Below, piece after piece: positions 30,854 to 40,084 of a DNA stretch of 64,000 bases (its first letter is position 1; each line of letters begins with the position of its first letter). The notes below the pieces were generated by a model. The model ran no database searches, had not been told where the DNA came from, and was given only the letters and a program-made list of their open reading frames with translations. Position numbers and translations under genes: made by a program. This DNA comes from Dehalococcoidia bacterium (GTDB lineage: Bacteria; Chloroflexota; Dehalococcoidia; Lucifugimonadales; UBA3495), in the NCBI GenBank assembly GCA_965220105.1, contig OZ244811.1:1987136-2051135 (forward strand), given 5' to 3'.

Positions 30854-30963
30854 GAATGGATTGGTATCCATTCCAATGGAGTCCATACCTATCCATTGGA
30901 ATGGACGTGGCCATGAAAAGGATTGATATCCAATGCATAGGAGTCCATTGGATACCGATGCAT
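30854..30963. repeat. Dense array of AATGGA/TCCATT hexamers with nested dyad symmetries
   Basis: Perfect hexamers at 30855, 30867, 30875, 30892, 30900 and 30944. The 14-mer TCCATTCCAATGGA (30867-30880) recurs as its exact reverse complement at 30892-30905. 9-bp IR TATCCAATG/CATTGGATA (30927-30935 / 30946-30954). Two ATGCAT sites. Lower local G+C. Confidence 0.7.
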
Positions 30964-31578
30964 GGCGAACCGCCGCGAGGAGCGGAAGGCGACGGGCCCG
31001 GGGGGAACGGCAAGCCCGTCCCGCCTCTCTCACTACAATGAGGACAAAGCCACCCAGTATCACCCAGAGGTGAGAGCCATACCCAGCTGTATTGCCTGCG
31101 GCGCCGAACTGGAAGACGCCTTTGGCGGGGGCGGCTACACTACACTGCCCTGCAACGCGCGGCGCTCCTGCAGCTTGCCTGGGACCAAGTCTCCTCCGGT
31201 TTGGACGGATGGGAGGCGGTTTTCGAGCTCCATGCCAGTGGTGGGCTGGAGGCATGGCGTGGTCGGTTACGGGCCTGGTTTGAAAGCTACGATGAGCTGG
31301 CCAACGGCGTATCGGAGTTTATCGACGTGGACATTCCGCACCTGGATCTGACCAGTTTGCAAGAAGTACAGAACCCGCCGCGCCGAATGCCTCGATCAAC
31401 GCCGGCAAGCTGATTAGAGGTCCATCAACAACTCGAAAGTTCGGCTTATGGGCTCCTGAGGTGCGAAAGTTAGACTTTGTCTGACAAGGATGAATCAATT
31501 GACAGCGGCGGATTGTTTGACCGTGGTGTCCGGTTTGGCCACCTCCTCGGTTGATTGTCAGTATTTGAGCCGGGACTA

Positions 31579-32345
31579 AACCAAAGCCAAGGTGGGATGT
31601 GCATTTGCCGGGTGCTGGGAATCGGGGCGGGAGTCTCGCGGGAGTGTTTCGGCCCTTGATTGCAGGACCGTCCGGCAGCGCCGTCTCACCTCGTCTTTCC
31701 GGCTGGACAGCCCGGCCAGGAATTTGCCGACCCTCTCCTGCACCGCCGCCCTGCTCCTCAGGCACAGATTGCCAGTGGCCTCCTCTCTCGCCCAGCCCCA
31801 GACAGCCTCAGCGGCGTTGCAGTCCGGGCTGTAGCCCGGCAGAGCCTGCCCCCGTGCTTGACACGGGGTTCACCAGACTCAGCTCCAGCTCAGGCGTCCT
31901 GAGGTACTCCCGCACCGCTTCCCCACGGTGGGCCGGCGCATTGTCCCAGCTGACCCGCAGCGGCCCGGGATGCTTTTCCTTCAGTTGCGTCAGGCAGTTG
32001 CGTCGGGAAGGCAACCGAGGTCCCGCTGTTGCTGTTGCCCTCAAGTTCCATCCATTCCACCTCGCCCGTCTCCAGGCACACCGCTGAATAGTAGCTGGCC
32101 TTCTCCCCATACCGCGGGCTATTGGAGTCCACCAACGCAGGCTTACCCTTCAGCACCCACTTGCCCCGCAATTCCGCGTCCGCCCGGAAGTGGGCCTCAT
32201 CAGCGAAGAATATGCTGGCTTCAGTCCGTTGGGCCTCCTCCCACAGGGCGGCGCACTCCGCCACGAAGGCCTCCCGCTTGGACTCATTCGCCTTGAGCAG
32301 ACGCTTCTTGGGGCGCTGGCAGGCAAACCCCAGCCGGTAAACCTG
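31579..32345 (-). pseudogene. ISx 3' portion with decayed transposase
   Basis: Terminus AACCAAAGCCAAGGTGGGATGTGCATTT follows a TA (31577-31578). The minus strand encodes FFADEAHFRADAELRGKWVLKGKP... and ..SWDNAPAHRGEAVREYL.. in two frames. The N-terminal HTH part is missing. Confidence 0.7.
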
Positions 32346-32375
32346 TAGAAATTGTCCGGGAGGCCTGCGTTCGGG

Positions 32376-32906
32376 CTAGACGAACCAGCCCATGCCTTCC
32401 AAGTGGCCGCGCAGGAAGGCTATCTGGCCTCCGTGGACGATGTTGTCAAAGACCAGGACACCCATGATGGTCTCTTTCGCCTCGGGGTCCGAACCGGGCC
32501 TCAGGCTCATGGTGGCGCTCAACTCCTCGTCGGTCACGGAGGACATATAGTCCCGGCAGCAGGCCTTCATGGCCTCGTAGTACCCTACCAGGACGTCTTT
32601 GGAGGGAAGCGGCCACGCGGCCACGCGCGCCGTGTCCCAGCCTTGGCCGGTCGTCTCCGGGTCGTCGCTCAGGCCGAATTTCTCGCACCAACCGTCCGCT
32701 ATCCATATCTGAGGCTTGCCTTGGAACCTGGCATTCATGAAAACGTCCACCACCCGGCTCATGTGGAAGAGGAGCCAACCGATGGAATTGTCGCTGTCGG
32801 ATATCTGGCGCGCCAGTGTCTCATCACTCAGCCCGTCTATGGCGCGGTCTACCATACCCCAGTTACGTTCCAGCGCATTTGAAATCCCGGCGGACACAGC
32901 CATCAT
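32376..32906 (-). CDS. DinB-family (DinB_2-like) protein
   Basis: 176 aa. IGWLLFHMSRVVD and VFDNIVHGGQIAFLRGHL are typical DinB-superfamily His motifs. Confidence 0.75.
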   Translation of the reverse strand: MMAVSAGISNALERNWGMVDRAIDGLSDETLARQISDSDNSIGWLLFHMSRVVDVFMNARFQGKPQIWIADGWCEKFGLSDDPETTGQGWDTARVAAWPLPSKDVLVGYYEAMKACCRDYMSSVTDEELSATMSLRPGSDPEAKETIMGVLVFDNIVHGGQIAFLRGHLEGMGWFV

Positions 32907-33060
32907 TACTCTCCAAAAGTTTCGTTAGTTTGGGGTTGCGGGGCTAATTGTAACAGCCCCAAAACTGGAATGGTAAGGTAGCGCCGACGATCAAGAAGAG
33001 GCCTGCTACTGATCTGCGGTTGTAGTATTAAGGTCCTTTCGGTAGTCTTCAAGACCCTCG

Positions 33061-33088
33061 AAATGCACATCCCACCTTGGTATTGGTT
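33061..33088. repeat. Solo ISx/MITE terminus (inverted relative to 31579)
   Basis: AAATGCACATCCCACCTTGGTATTGGTT is the reverse complement of the GTGGGATGTGCATTT-type terminus. It is followed by TA (33089-33090) and then directly by IS630 copy 3. Confidence 0.7.
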
Positions 33089-33090
33089 TA

Positions 33091-34310
33091 GTACTCAATC
33101 AAATTTGCATAGGCAGATGAAGGATGAAACGGGCTATGGTTGCTACGCTGGTGGTGAAACAGCGGTGCGGGAGGTGTGGCATCCATGGTTGCAGAGAAAT
33201 ACGCGGTACGGTTGTCGTCGGAAGATCGGGACCAACTGGAGCGGTTGATCCGTAGCGGCCAGCGCTCCGCTCGGGTCATCAATCGGGCGCGCGTCCTGCT
33301 CAAGACGATGAGGGCTGGAGCGCTTCTCAAGTGGCGGCGGCCCTGGATACGTCGCCGCGCACGGTGTTCCGCACCAAGCGGCGGTACGCCGAGGAAGGAC
33401 TGGGCGGCGTGCTGCACGACCACCCCCAGGCCAAGCGGTATCGCAAGCTGGATGATCGGGGCGAAGCTCACCTGATTGCCCTGGCGTGCAGCGACGCCCC
33501 CGAGGGCCATGAGCACTGGACCCTGCGTTTGTTAGCCGACCAGGTGGTGGAGTTGGGGTTGGCGCCATCGCTGTCCTACGAGACGGTCAGGCTCAGGCTC
33601 AAAAAACACCCTCCAGCCCTGGCGGATGCAGCAGTGGTGCATCTCCCGGATGAACGGGGAGTTTGTGGCGGCCATGGAGGACGTGCTGGACCTGTATGCC
33701 GAACCCTACGATCCCCACCGGCCGGTGGTGTGCTTTGACGAGACCTCCACCCAGTTGCTGGCCGACGTGCGGGAGCCGTTGCCCGCCCAGCCGGGACGAC
33801 CACGTCGGCAGGACTATGAGTATCGACGCGGCGGCACCCGCAACATCTTCCTGGCCTGTGAACCCTTGGCTGGCTGGCGCCACGTAGCCATCACGGAACG
33901 ACGCACCATGCCGGACTTCGCCCACCAGATGCGGTGGCTGGTGGACGTGGCCTACCCTGATGCTCCAGTAGTGCGGGTCGTCCTGGACAACCTAAACACC
34001 CACCGCATGGCCTCCCTTTACGAGACCTTCCCAGCAGCCGAAGCGCGACGCATCGCCAAACGCCTCGAGTTTCACCACACGCCCAAACACGCCAGCTGGT
34101 TGAACATGGCGGAGATCGAATTCAGCGCGTTGAGCCGCTCCTGCCTCAAGAGGAGAAATCCTGACGCCGACGTCCTGCAACGCCAGATCACCGCCTACGA
34201 AACCCAACGCAACTCAGCGGGCGTCACCATCAACTGGCGATTCAGCACCCACGATGCCAGAACTAAACTCCAGCGCTTTTACCCCTGCCTTTCCAACGTT
34301 GACTGAGTAC
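33091..34310 (+). mobile_element. IS630-family element, copy 3
   Basis: Ends GTACTCAATCAAATTTGC... and ...GTTGACTGAGTAC. TA at 33089-33090 and 34311-34312. Close relative of copy 1. Confidence 0.85.
33176..34306 (+). pseudogene. IS630 family transposase with an extra frameshift in the HTH region
   Basis: Three track ORFs. The 33176 and 33331 frames need a 1-nt correction near 33305 (..LLKTDEGWSASQVAAALDTS..). The A6C slippery site at 33601-33607 joins to the DDE frame (33626-34306). Confidence 0.75.
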
Positions 34311-34687
34311 TAGAAACCCACGGCGTAGGCCTCGCAGCGTGGGTCTGCGCCCCCCCTGTAGCACCTTGGTCTCCGGGTTGCGCGTGATGACACAGTATAA
34401 GAATGAAAACGCCAGGCCGGTGCCCGGAATTATTGGCCCGCCGTTTTTGGTGCCCTCGCTGGGGGTGCAGGAGAAGGATGTTGCCATCCCGGTCGATTAC
34501 GGCGAAGTACGGAGTCCCACCGCCGCTGACTCCGGCGGTGCCAACTGGGACCGGCGCCTTCCTGGGGGACTGCGGGGCACTGTCGATGGTCGCCCTCCCG
34601 TTTCGCGGGTCTCCCGCCGGAGGCGTGCCCATATCAATCTACAGGGGCTTCAGGCCGGTAAATTGAGAAGAACAGTATGAGGCATTC

Positions 34688-34852
34688 GTGATCGCCCAGC
34701 CTTCCAGTCGTTTCCAAGAGCCCCCCATCGACCTGGTCAAAAACAACTTTGGCGACCGGGTGGAGATACGGGATGGGCTGAGCGGCACGGCCAGCGTGAT
34801 CAGTACGGAAAAGGCGCAGCGACTGCTGGACTGGAATCCTCGCCACGACTGG
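34688..34852 (+). pseudogene. Possible NAD-dependent epimerase/dehydratase C-terminal remnant
   Basis: ..VEIRDGLSGTASVISTEKAQRLLDWNPRHDW resembles the conserved tail of SDR-type epimerases. Only about 50 residues, with no N-terminus. Confidence 0.3.
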
Positions 34853-34917
34853 CTGATGTCCAGCCTGCTGGCGGTTCGGTTCTCGCCGCGCAGCGAGCGG
34901 CAATTCTGCCACGGGAA

Positions 34918-35110
34918 GGCTTGGTGGTGGACGTCGGGCTCACTCCAGGCGATGACACCCGGGAACGGGACGCCGCGTTGGAGACGCTGGCGTCGCCGGG
35001 CGCCAGGCGCATAATGGTGGTCGCCGGCCGGTGCTACGCCACCAGGAGGTTCGTCAAGGAATGTCAAAACCTGAATCACCGCATGCCCCTGACTCGTCTG
35101 GGCCACTTTC
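34918..35110 (+). pseudogene. IS5/IS4-superfamily DDE transposase internal fragment
   Basis: GLVVDVGLTPGDDTRERDAALETLASPGARRIMVVAGRCYATRRFVKEC resembles the first DDE block of such transposases. No termini were found. Confidence 0.4.
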
Positions 35111-35330
35111 TTGGGGGCAGATCACCGTTACCGTCAGGCCACCAACGGACGAAGCTGGAGCCGGAGATGGTGCCGGCTGGGAAAACGCCGTAACATGCCA
35201 TCAGCAGGTGACCGTTTGCGCGCAGGGTATAATGCCAATCGCGCAGGACTGGTACGAATGATTCGATGCCTTGACCTACTGGCCTGTGCATCTTTGGGGC
35301 GATAGACTACTGGACTGAGAAGGGGCCGCC

Positions 35331-37757
35331 ATGGCACAAGTTTTTGATGGAATCACCGTCCTCGACTTTACCAGCGGCCGGGCCGGTGGCGTCGCCACGA
35401 TGGTGATGTCCGACTTCGGCGCTGAGGTCATCAAAGTTGAGCCGCCGGGTGGAGAAAAATTCAGGAGGTCGCCGGGGTCGATCCAATGGAATCGCGGCAA
35501 GAAAAGCGTCGTCCTCGACCTGAATACCCAGGACGGCCGGGATAATGCTCGGAAGTTGGCGCAACTCTCTGACGTCATCGTCGAAAGCTTCCGGCCAGGG
35601 GTCACCCGACGGCTGGGCATTGACTACGACACCCTTCGCGCGGGTCATCCCGAACTGGTATATGCCACGCTGACCAGCTTCGGACCCCAGGGACCCTACG
35701 CCAACTACAAGGGTTACGACGCCGTGGTGGCCGCCAAGAGCGGACGGATGATGATGTTCGCCGGGCAGAATCCCAGGGAGGGCCCCAACTACGTCGTGGT
35801 ACAGGGCGTTTGCCACGCCGCCGCCACGGCGCTGATTCGTGGCATCACATCCGCCCTTTACGTGCGGGAAAAGACCGGCCTGGGCCAGCGGGTGGAAACC
35901 AGCATGCTGAAGGCTGTGGCCACCTACGATCACGTCTCCTGGATCCATGGCCAGATGGTTGAGAAGCAACCGGACAACTACCCGTCAGGCGCATCGGTGG
36001 GGACCGGGCGTCCCAACCCCACGGGCTATCTGCCCGCCCGTACCAAAGACGGCCACTGGATCCAACTGGGGAACGTGGTGGAGAGGTTGTTTCGGTCCAT
36101 GATGCACTGGCTGGACATGGACTTCATCTACGAGGACCCCCGATTCAAGACCGCGCCTTCCCTGGACCCGGAAGCCGTTGCGGCCCTGGAACGTATCATG
36201 CTGGAAAAAGTCCAGGAGAAGACTCTCGATGAGTGGATGGCCATATTCCTTGGCGAGGCCGGCGACGTGGCTGCTGAGCCCTACTTCACCTCAGAGCAGG
36301 CTTTGGACCATCCCCAGATCGTACACAACGGCAACGTCCAGGACGTGCATGTTCCGGGAGTGGGCGACACGCGGCAGCTTGGACCCATGGTGAACATGAA
36401 GGGGACCCCGGCCCGCACGCAGGGGCCGGCCCCGGCACTGGGCCAGCACACCGCAGAAATACTCGCACGCCGGAGGGATGACGTCAAGACGCGTTCCAAC
36501 GGCGCCAAAGACCAGATGCCCCAGCATCCTTTGGACGGAATTACACTCCTGGACCTGGGGACGGTAATCAACGGTCCTCTGGGTTGCGCGCTGGTGGCCG
36601 AACTTGGCGCCAGGGTAATCCGCATCGAAGCCCCCGGCGGCGATTGGGGCAGGCAGGGGATGGCCATGACGGCACACCGTACCATGGCAGGATCCGAGGG
36701 CATTTGTCTGGACCTCAAGACTCCGGAGGGTCAGGAGATCATGGGCAAGCTGGCAGCCAGGGCCGACTTGCTGCTACACAGCATGCGCCCAGGCGCCCCC
36801 GAGCGCACGGGCATCGGCTACGAGCAGCTATCCAGGATCAACCCCAACCTGGTTTACCTCTACGCTGGCGGCTATGGCTCCACGGGGCCCTACTCTCACC
36901 GGCCGTCCATGGCCCCGATCGCCGGCGCCGTGTCCGGCGGTGCCGTGGCTCAGATGGGGAGGGACGCTTTCCCACCGCCCGATCAGTCCATGTCCATTGA
37001 TGACATTGCCGCCGTAGCCACGCAGCTCAAGCGGGCGAACGACGGCACCGCCGATCACAACACCGCCATGGTAAATGCCGTTGGACTGGTACTGGGCCTC
37101 TATGCCCGTGAGCGCACCGGCAGGGCGCAATATGTCGAGTCCACCATGATCGCTGCCAACGCCTATGCCAATGTCGACGATTTCTACTGGCACGAGGGGA
37201 AGCGACCCCGACCGCTGCCCGACGGGGACGGACACGGGCTCCACGCCCTCTACCGCCTGTACCGCGCAAAAACCGGGTGGATGTTCCTCGCTTGTCCCTT
37301 CGAGGACGAGTGGGAGGCCCTGTGCCGGACCATCGACCGGACCGACCTTCTGTATGATCCCCGGTTTGCCACTCCCGAGATGCGAGAGGAGCACGATGAT
37401 GCGCTCGCCGACGAATTGGCCCGGGTGTTCGCTGGCGAAGATCCACTGTATTGGGAGCAGCTGCTCACCGCCGCCGACGTGGCATGCGTCAAGGCCGAGG
37501 ATCGGGGAATGTATTTCTTTTTCAACGAAGACCCCCACGTGCGCGAGAACGGACTCCTTACCCAGGCAGAGGCGCCACGCTATGGTGAATTCTGGCGTTA
37601 CTCCCCCGTGGTCGACTTCTCGGATTCCTCGGGGCGGGCCGGCCCGGGACCGCTTAGGGGTCAGCACACCCGCCCCATCCTCAGGGAATTGGGGTACACC
37701 GACGAACAGATCCACGACTTGAAACAACGGAAGGTAGTGGACTGGGAGGAGGACTAG
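35331..37757 (+). CDS. Tandem-fused family III CoA-transferase (two CaiB/BaiF-like modules)
   Basis: Module 1 is GITVLDFTSGRAGGVATMVMSDFGAEVIKVEPPGG. Module 2, from about residue 400, is GITLLDLGTVINGPLGCALVAELGARVIRIEAPGG. 808 aa. Confidence 0.85.
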   Translation: MAQVFDGITVLDFTSGRAGGVATMVMSDFGAEVIKVEPPGGEKFRRSPGSIQWNRGKKSVVLDLNTQDGRDNARKLAQLSDVIVESFRPGVTRRLGIDYDTLRAGHPELVYATLTSFGPQGPYANYKGYDAVVAAKSGRMMMFAGQNPREGPNYVVVQGVCHAAATALIRGITSALYVREKTGLGQRVETSMLKAVATYDHVSWIHGQMVEKQPDNYPSGASVGTGRPNPTGYLPARTKDGHWIQLGNVVERLFRSMMHWLDMDFIYEDPRFKTAPSLDPEAVAALERIMLEKVQEKTLDEWMAIFLGEAGDVAAEPYFTSEQALDHPQIVHNGNVQDVHVPGVGDTRQLGPMVNMKGTPARTQGPAPALGQHTAEILARRRDDVKTRSNGAKDQMPQHPLDGITLLDLGTVINGPLGCALVAELGARVIRIEAPGGDWGRQGMAMTAHRTMAGSEGICLDLKTPEGQEIMGKLAARADLLLHSMRPGAPERTGIGYEQLSRINPNLVYLYAGGYGSTGPYSHRPSMAPIAGAVSGGAVAQMGRDAFPPPDQSMSIDDIAAVATQLKRANDGTADHNTAMVNAVGLVLGLYARERTGRAQYVESTMIAANAYANVDDFYWHEGKRPRPLPDGDGHGLHALYRLYRAKTGWMFLACPFEDEWEALCRTIDRTDLLYDPRFATPEMREEHDDALADELARVFAGEDPLYWEQLLTAADVACVKAEDRGMYFFFNEDPHVRENGLLTQAEAPRYGEFWRYSPVVDFSDSSGRAGPGPLRGQHTRPILRELGYTDEQIHDLKQRKVVDWEED

Positions 37758-37763
37758 CCGGCA

Positions 37764-38954
37764 ATGGCGCAAACCATCGTCCCCGCCGATACCAACGGCA
37801 TAAGGGACAAGGCCGCGATAGTCGGCATAGGCGAAACGGAGTTTTCCTGGAACTCGGGCCGTAGCGAGTTGCAGCTGGCCTCCGAGGCGATCAAGGCCGC
37901 CTGCGACGATGCCGGTATCGCCCCGCAGGACATCGACGGCCTGGTGCGCTACGACATGGAGTCCAACCACGAAACTTTGCTAGTACAGTCGTTGGGCATC
38001 AAGAACCTGCGTCACTGGGAATCCGTCTCCTACGGAGGGGGCGCGGGCAACGCGGTGATCGGCCATGCCGCCGCCGCGATCGCTGCCGGGTTCTGTAACT
38101 ACGTGGTGTGCTTCCGCGCCGCCAACCTCCGTTCCGGGTTACGCTTGGGCCTGGCCAGAGGCCCGGAGCGAATCGCCGGCGGAGCGCAGAGCTTTGCCGC
38201 CCCCTGGGGCAACATGGCGCCGGCGCATCATTTCGGCATGTTCGTCCGGCGTTACATGCACCAGTTCGGAGCTACGAGCCGCCACTTCGGTTGGGTCGCG
38301 GTTACCCTGCGCGAGCACGCCTCCCGGAACCCCCGCGCTCTCCGGAGGGACCCCATCACCATCGACGACCACCAGAATTCCCGCATGGTTGTGGACCCGT
38401 TGCACGTCCTGGACTTCTGCCAGGAAAACGACGGCGCCGCCGCCATTGTAATGACCACCCCGGAGCGCGCCAGGGAACTGCGCCATTCAGGGACCCTGAC
38501 ACTGGTTGAGGCGGCAGCCCAAGGCTCCGGCGCTCGGAACGATGGCATAATCTACCGTCACGACCTGGCCGCGTCAGAGTCAGAGCACACCGCCCGGGAT
38601 CTGTGGGCCCGGGCCCGCCTGCAAGCATCGGACATGGACGCGCTGATGTTCTACGACCACTTCACCCCGTTCTGCCTGCTGAACCTGGAAGCCTACGGAT
38701 TTGTGCCTCGAGGCGAGGCAAAGGACTTCGTGGAAGGTGGAGGCAACCTTCGGTTTGATGGCATGCTGCCCACCAACACCCACGGCGGCAATCACTCCGA
38801 GGCGTATATCCATGGCCTGACCCATCCCCAGGAGGCGGTCCGGCTTATCCGAGGCGCCTCCACCGCTCAGCCGCCCCACAAGACCATCAACCGGGTCCTT
38901 TCCTGCAGCAGCACGGCCCAGCTGAGCGCCGCCGTGATAATTCGCCGGGGATAG
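37764..38954 (+). CDS. Thiolase-like protein (SCP-x / lipid-transfer-type)
   Basis: AAIVGIGETEF..., NTHGG and the overall thiolase-fold length. The start is 7 nt after the preceding stop, and a DUF35 partner follows. Confidence 0.8.
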   Translation: MAQTIVPADTNGIRDKAAIVGIGETEFSWNSGRSELQLASEAIKAACDDAGIAPQDIDGLVRYDMESNHETLLVQSLGIKNLRHWESVSYGGGAGNAVIGHAAAAIAAGFCNYVVCFRAANLRSGLRLGLARGPERIAGGAQSFAAPWGNMAPAHHFGMFVRRYMHQFGATSRHFGWVAVTLREHASRNPRALRRDPITIDDHQNSRMVVDPLHVLDFCQENDGAAAIVMTTPERARELRHSGTLTLVEAAAQGSGARNDGIIYRHDLAASESEHTARDLWARARLQASDMDALMFYDHFTPFCLLNLEAYGFVPRGEAKDFVEGGGNLRFDGMLPTNTHGGNHSEAYIHGLTHPQEAVRLIRGASTAQPPHKTINRVLSCSSTAQLSAAVIIRRG

Positions 38955-38988
38955 CGCAGGGACGGCCCAAGGATAGCGAGGATTTCCG

Positions 38989-39477
38989 ATGACTCAGGAA
39001 AGAGAACAGGCCGTCAAGACCCGGCCGATGACCGCGCCGCTGGAAGGCGTACCGCTACCCGATCTGGAGCGGTTGCCGGACTATGAACGGAGATTCTGGG
39101 AGGGGCCCCGGCACGGCGAGCTTCGCATCCAACGGTGCTCGGATTGCGGCGTGTTCCGGCACCTGCCATCCCCCATGTGCCCTGAATGCTCGTCTCTTGA
39201 CTACAACTGGACAAAGGTCAGTGGCCGGGGTTTCGTTTACTCCTACGTGATAGTCCGCCACCCGGTGCACCCGGCAATCCAGGAGAAGAAACAGACTCCC
39301 TACAACCTTTGCATGATCGAACTGAAGGAGCAGGAGGGTCTTCGGATTTGCAGCAACGTCCTCCGAGTGCCCCCCGAGGACATCAGCATTAATATGCCGG
39401 TACAGGTTACTTTCATTCCTGCGGTCGACGATCCCGAGGTGGTGCTGCCGGTGTTCCTACCCGCCCCGGACCAATAG
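38989..39477 (+). CDS. Zn-ribbon/OB-fold protein (DUF35 family), thiolase partner
   Basis: FWEG...GELRIQRCSDCGVFRHLPSPMCPECSS...W..VSGRGFVYSY is the DUF35 rubredoxin-like plus OB pattern. Confidence 0.85.
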   Translation: MTQEREQAVKTRPMTAPLEGVPLPDLERLPDYERRFWEGPRHGELRIQRCSDCGVFRHLPSPMCPECSSLDYNWTKVSGRGFVYSYVIVRHPVHPAIQEKKQTPYNLCMIELKEQEGLRICSNVLRVPPEDISINMPVQVTFIPAVDDPEVVLPVFLPAPDQ

Positions 39478-39548
39478 ACGACCTGCCCACGTCGCAACGA
39501 TTAGCCGCTTGGGGGCCGCCGTCCCTTGACTCCCCTTCGTGACAGCGT

Positions 39549-40064
39549 TTAAGCGTCTCCAGGAGACCAAATCCAGTACCGGGAAACGGCGCCGGCATCC
39601 ACGCGCAGGTCGAATCCGGTAATCATTTCAGCGTCGTCGGATGCCAGGAAGACCGCGGCTTTTCCATAGTGTGTCGGGCTGGGGAGCTTGAGCAAAGGCG
39701 CGCCTCTGCTGGCGTCTGGTATTAGCCCCGCTGCACGCTGTCCCACGCGGGGCGCCGGCCAATCCACGCCCCATCTGGCGGCCCGGTCCCGTCCTTCCGA
39801 TGGGTTGGTGGCGGTGGGCGTCAGGCTGTTGACCCTGATGCCGTACTCGGCCAGTTCCATGGCCACCGACCTGGTGAAGTTGATCAGTCCCGCCTTGGCG
39901 GTTCCGTAGCCCACGTTACCGGGCTCGCCCTGATGTCCCGCGGTGGAGATGATGTTGATGATGTTGCCCTTTCGATTCTGCTGGATCATCGAATGAGCCA
40001 GGTGCTTAGTGAACAAAAACGCGCCGGTGAGAATAATATCGGTCTGGCGGCGCCACTCTACCAC
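39549..40064 (-). pseudogene. Short-chain dehydrogenase/reductase, 5'-truncated (Rossmann N-terminus missing)
   Basis: NLTGAF-like block (DIILTGAFLFTKH), catalytic YGTAKAG, and C-terminal ITGFDLRVDAG. About 100 N-terminal residues are absent, and a stop lies immediately upstream next to IS701 copy B. Confidence 0.75.
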
Positions 40065-40084
40065 CCAATTTCAACATCCTGCTA

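Noticed and set aside
31040-31420. Possible small genes right of the hexamer array (Cys-containing ..CIACGAELE.. frame and helical ..ALQRAALLQLAWDQ...AWFESYDELANGV.. frame)
   Set aside because: The plausible-looking segments lie in different frames with no clear start or RBS and no recognisable domain. They may be decayed island genes but cannot be supported.
33601-33607. A6 instead of A7 at the IS630 copy 3 slippery site as an inactivating lesion
   Set aside because: AAAAAAC is itself a classical -1 slippery heptamer, and the frame relationship of ORF1 to ORF2 is the same as in the A7 copies. The real lesion is the 1-nt indel near 33305.
34400-34560. Thioredoxin-fold-like snippet on the minus strand (..GGTPYFAVIDRDGNI..)
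   Set aside because: There is only about 15 residues of resemblance to redoxin/TlpA-type proteins and the frame breaks immediately, which is too little to call.
36828-37970. 380-aa minus-strand ORF
   Set aside because: It is antisense to the fused CoA-transferase and the thiolase start, with no motifs. The sense-strand genes are strongly supported.
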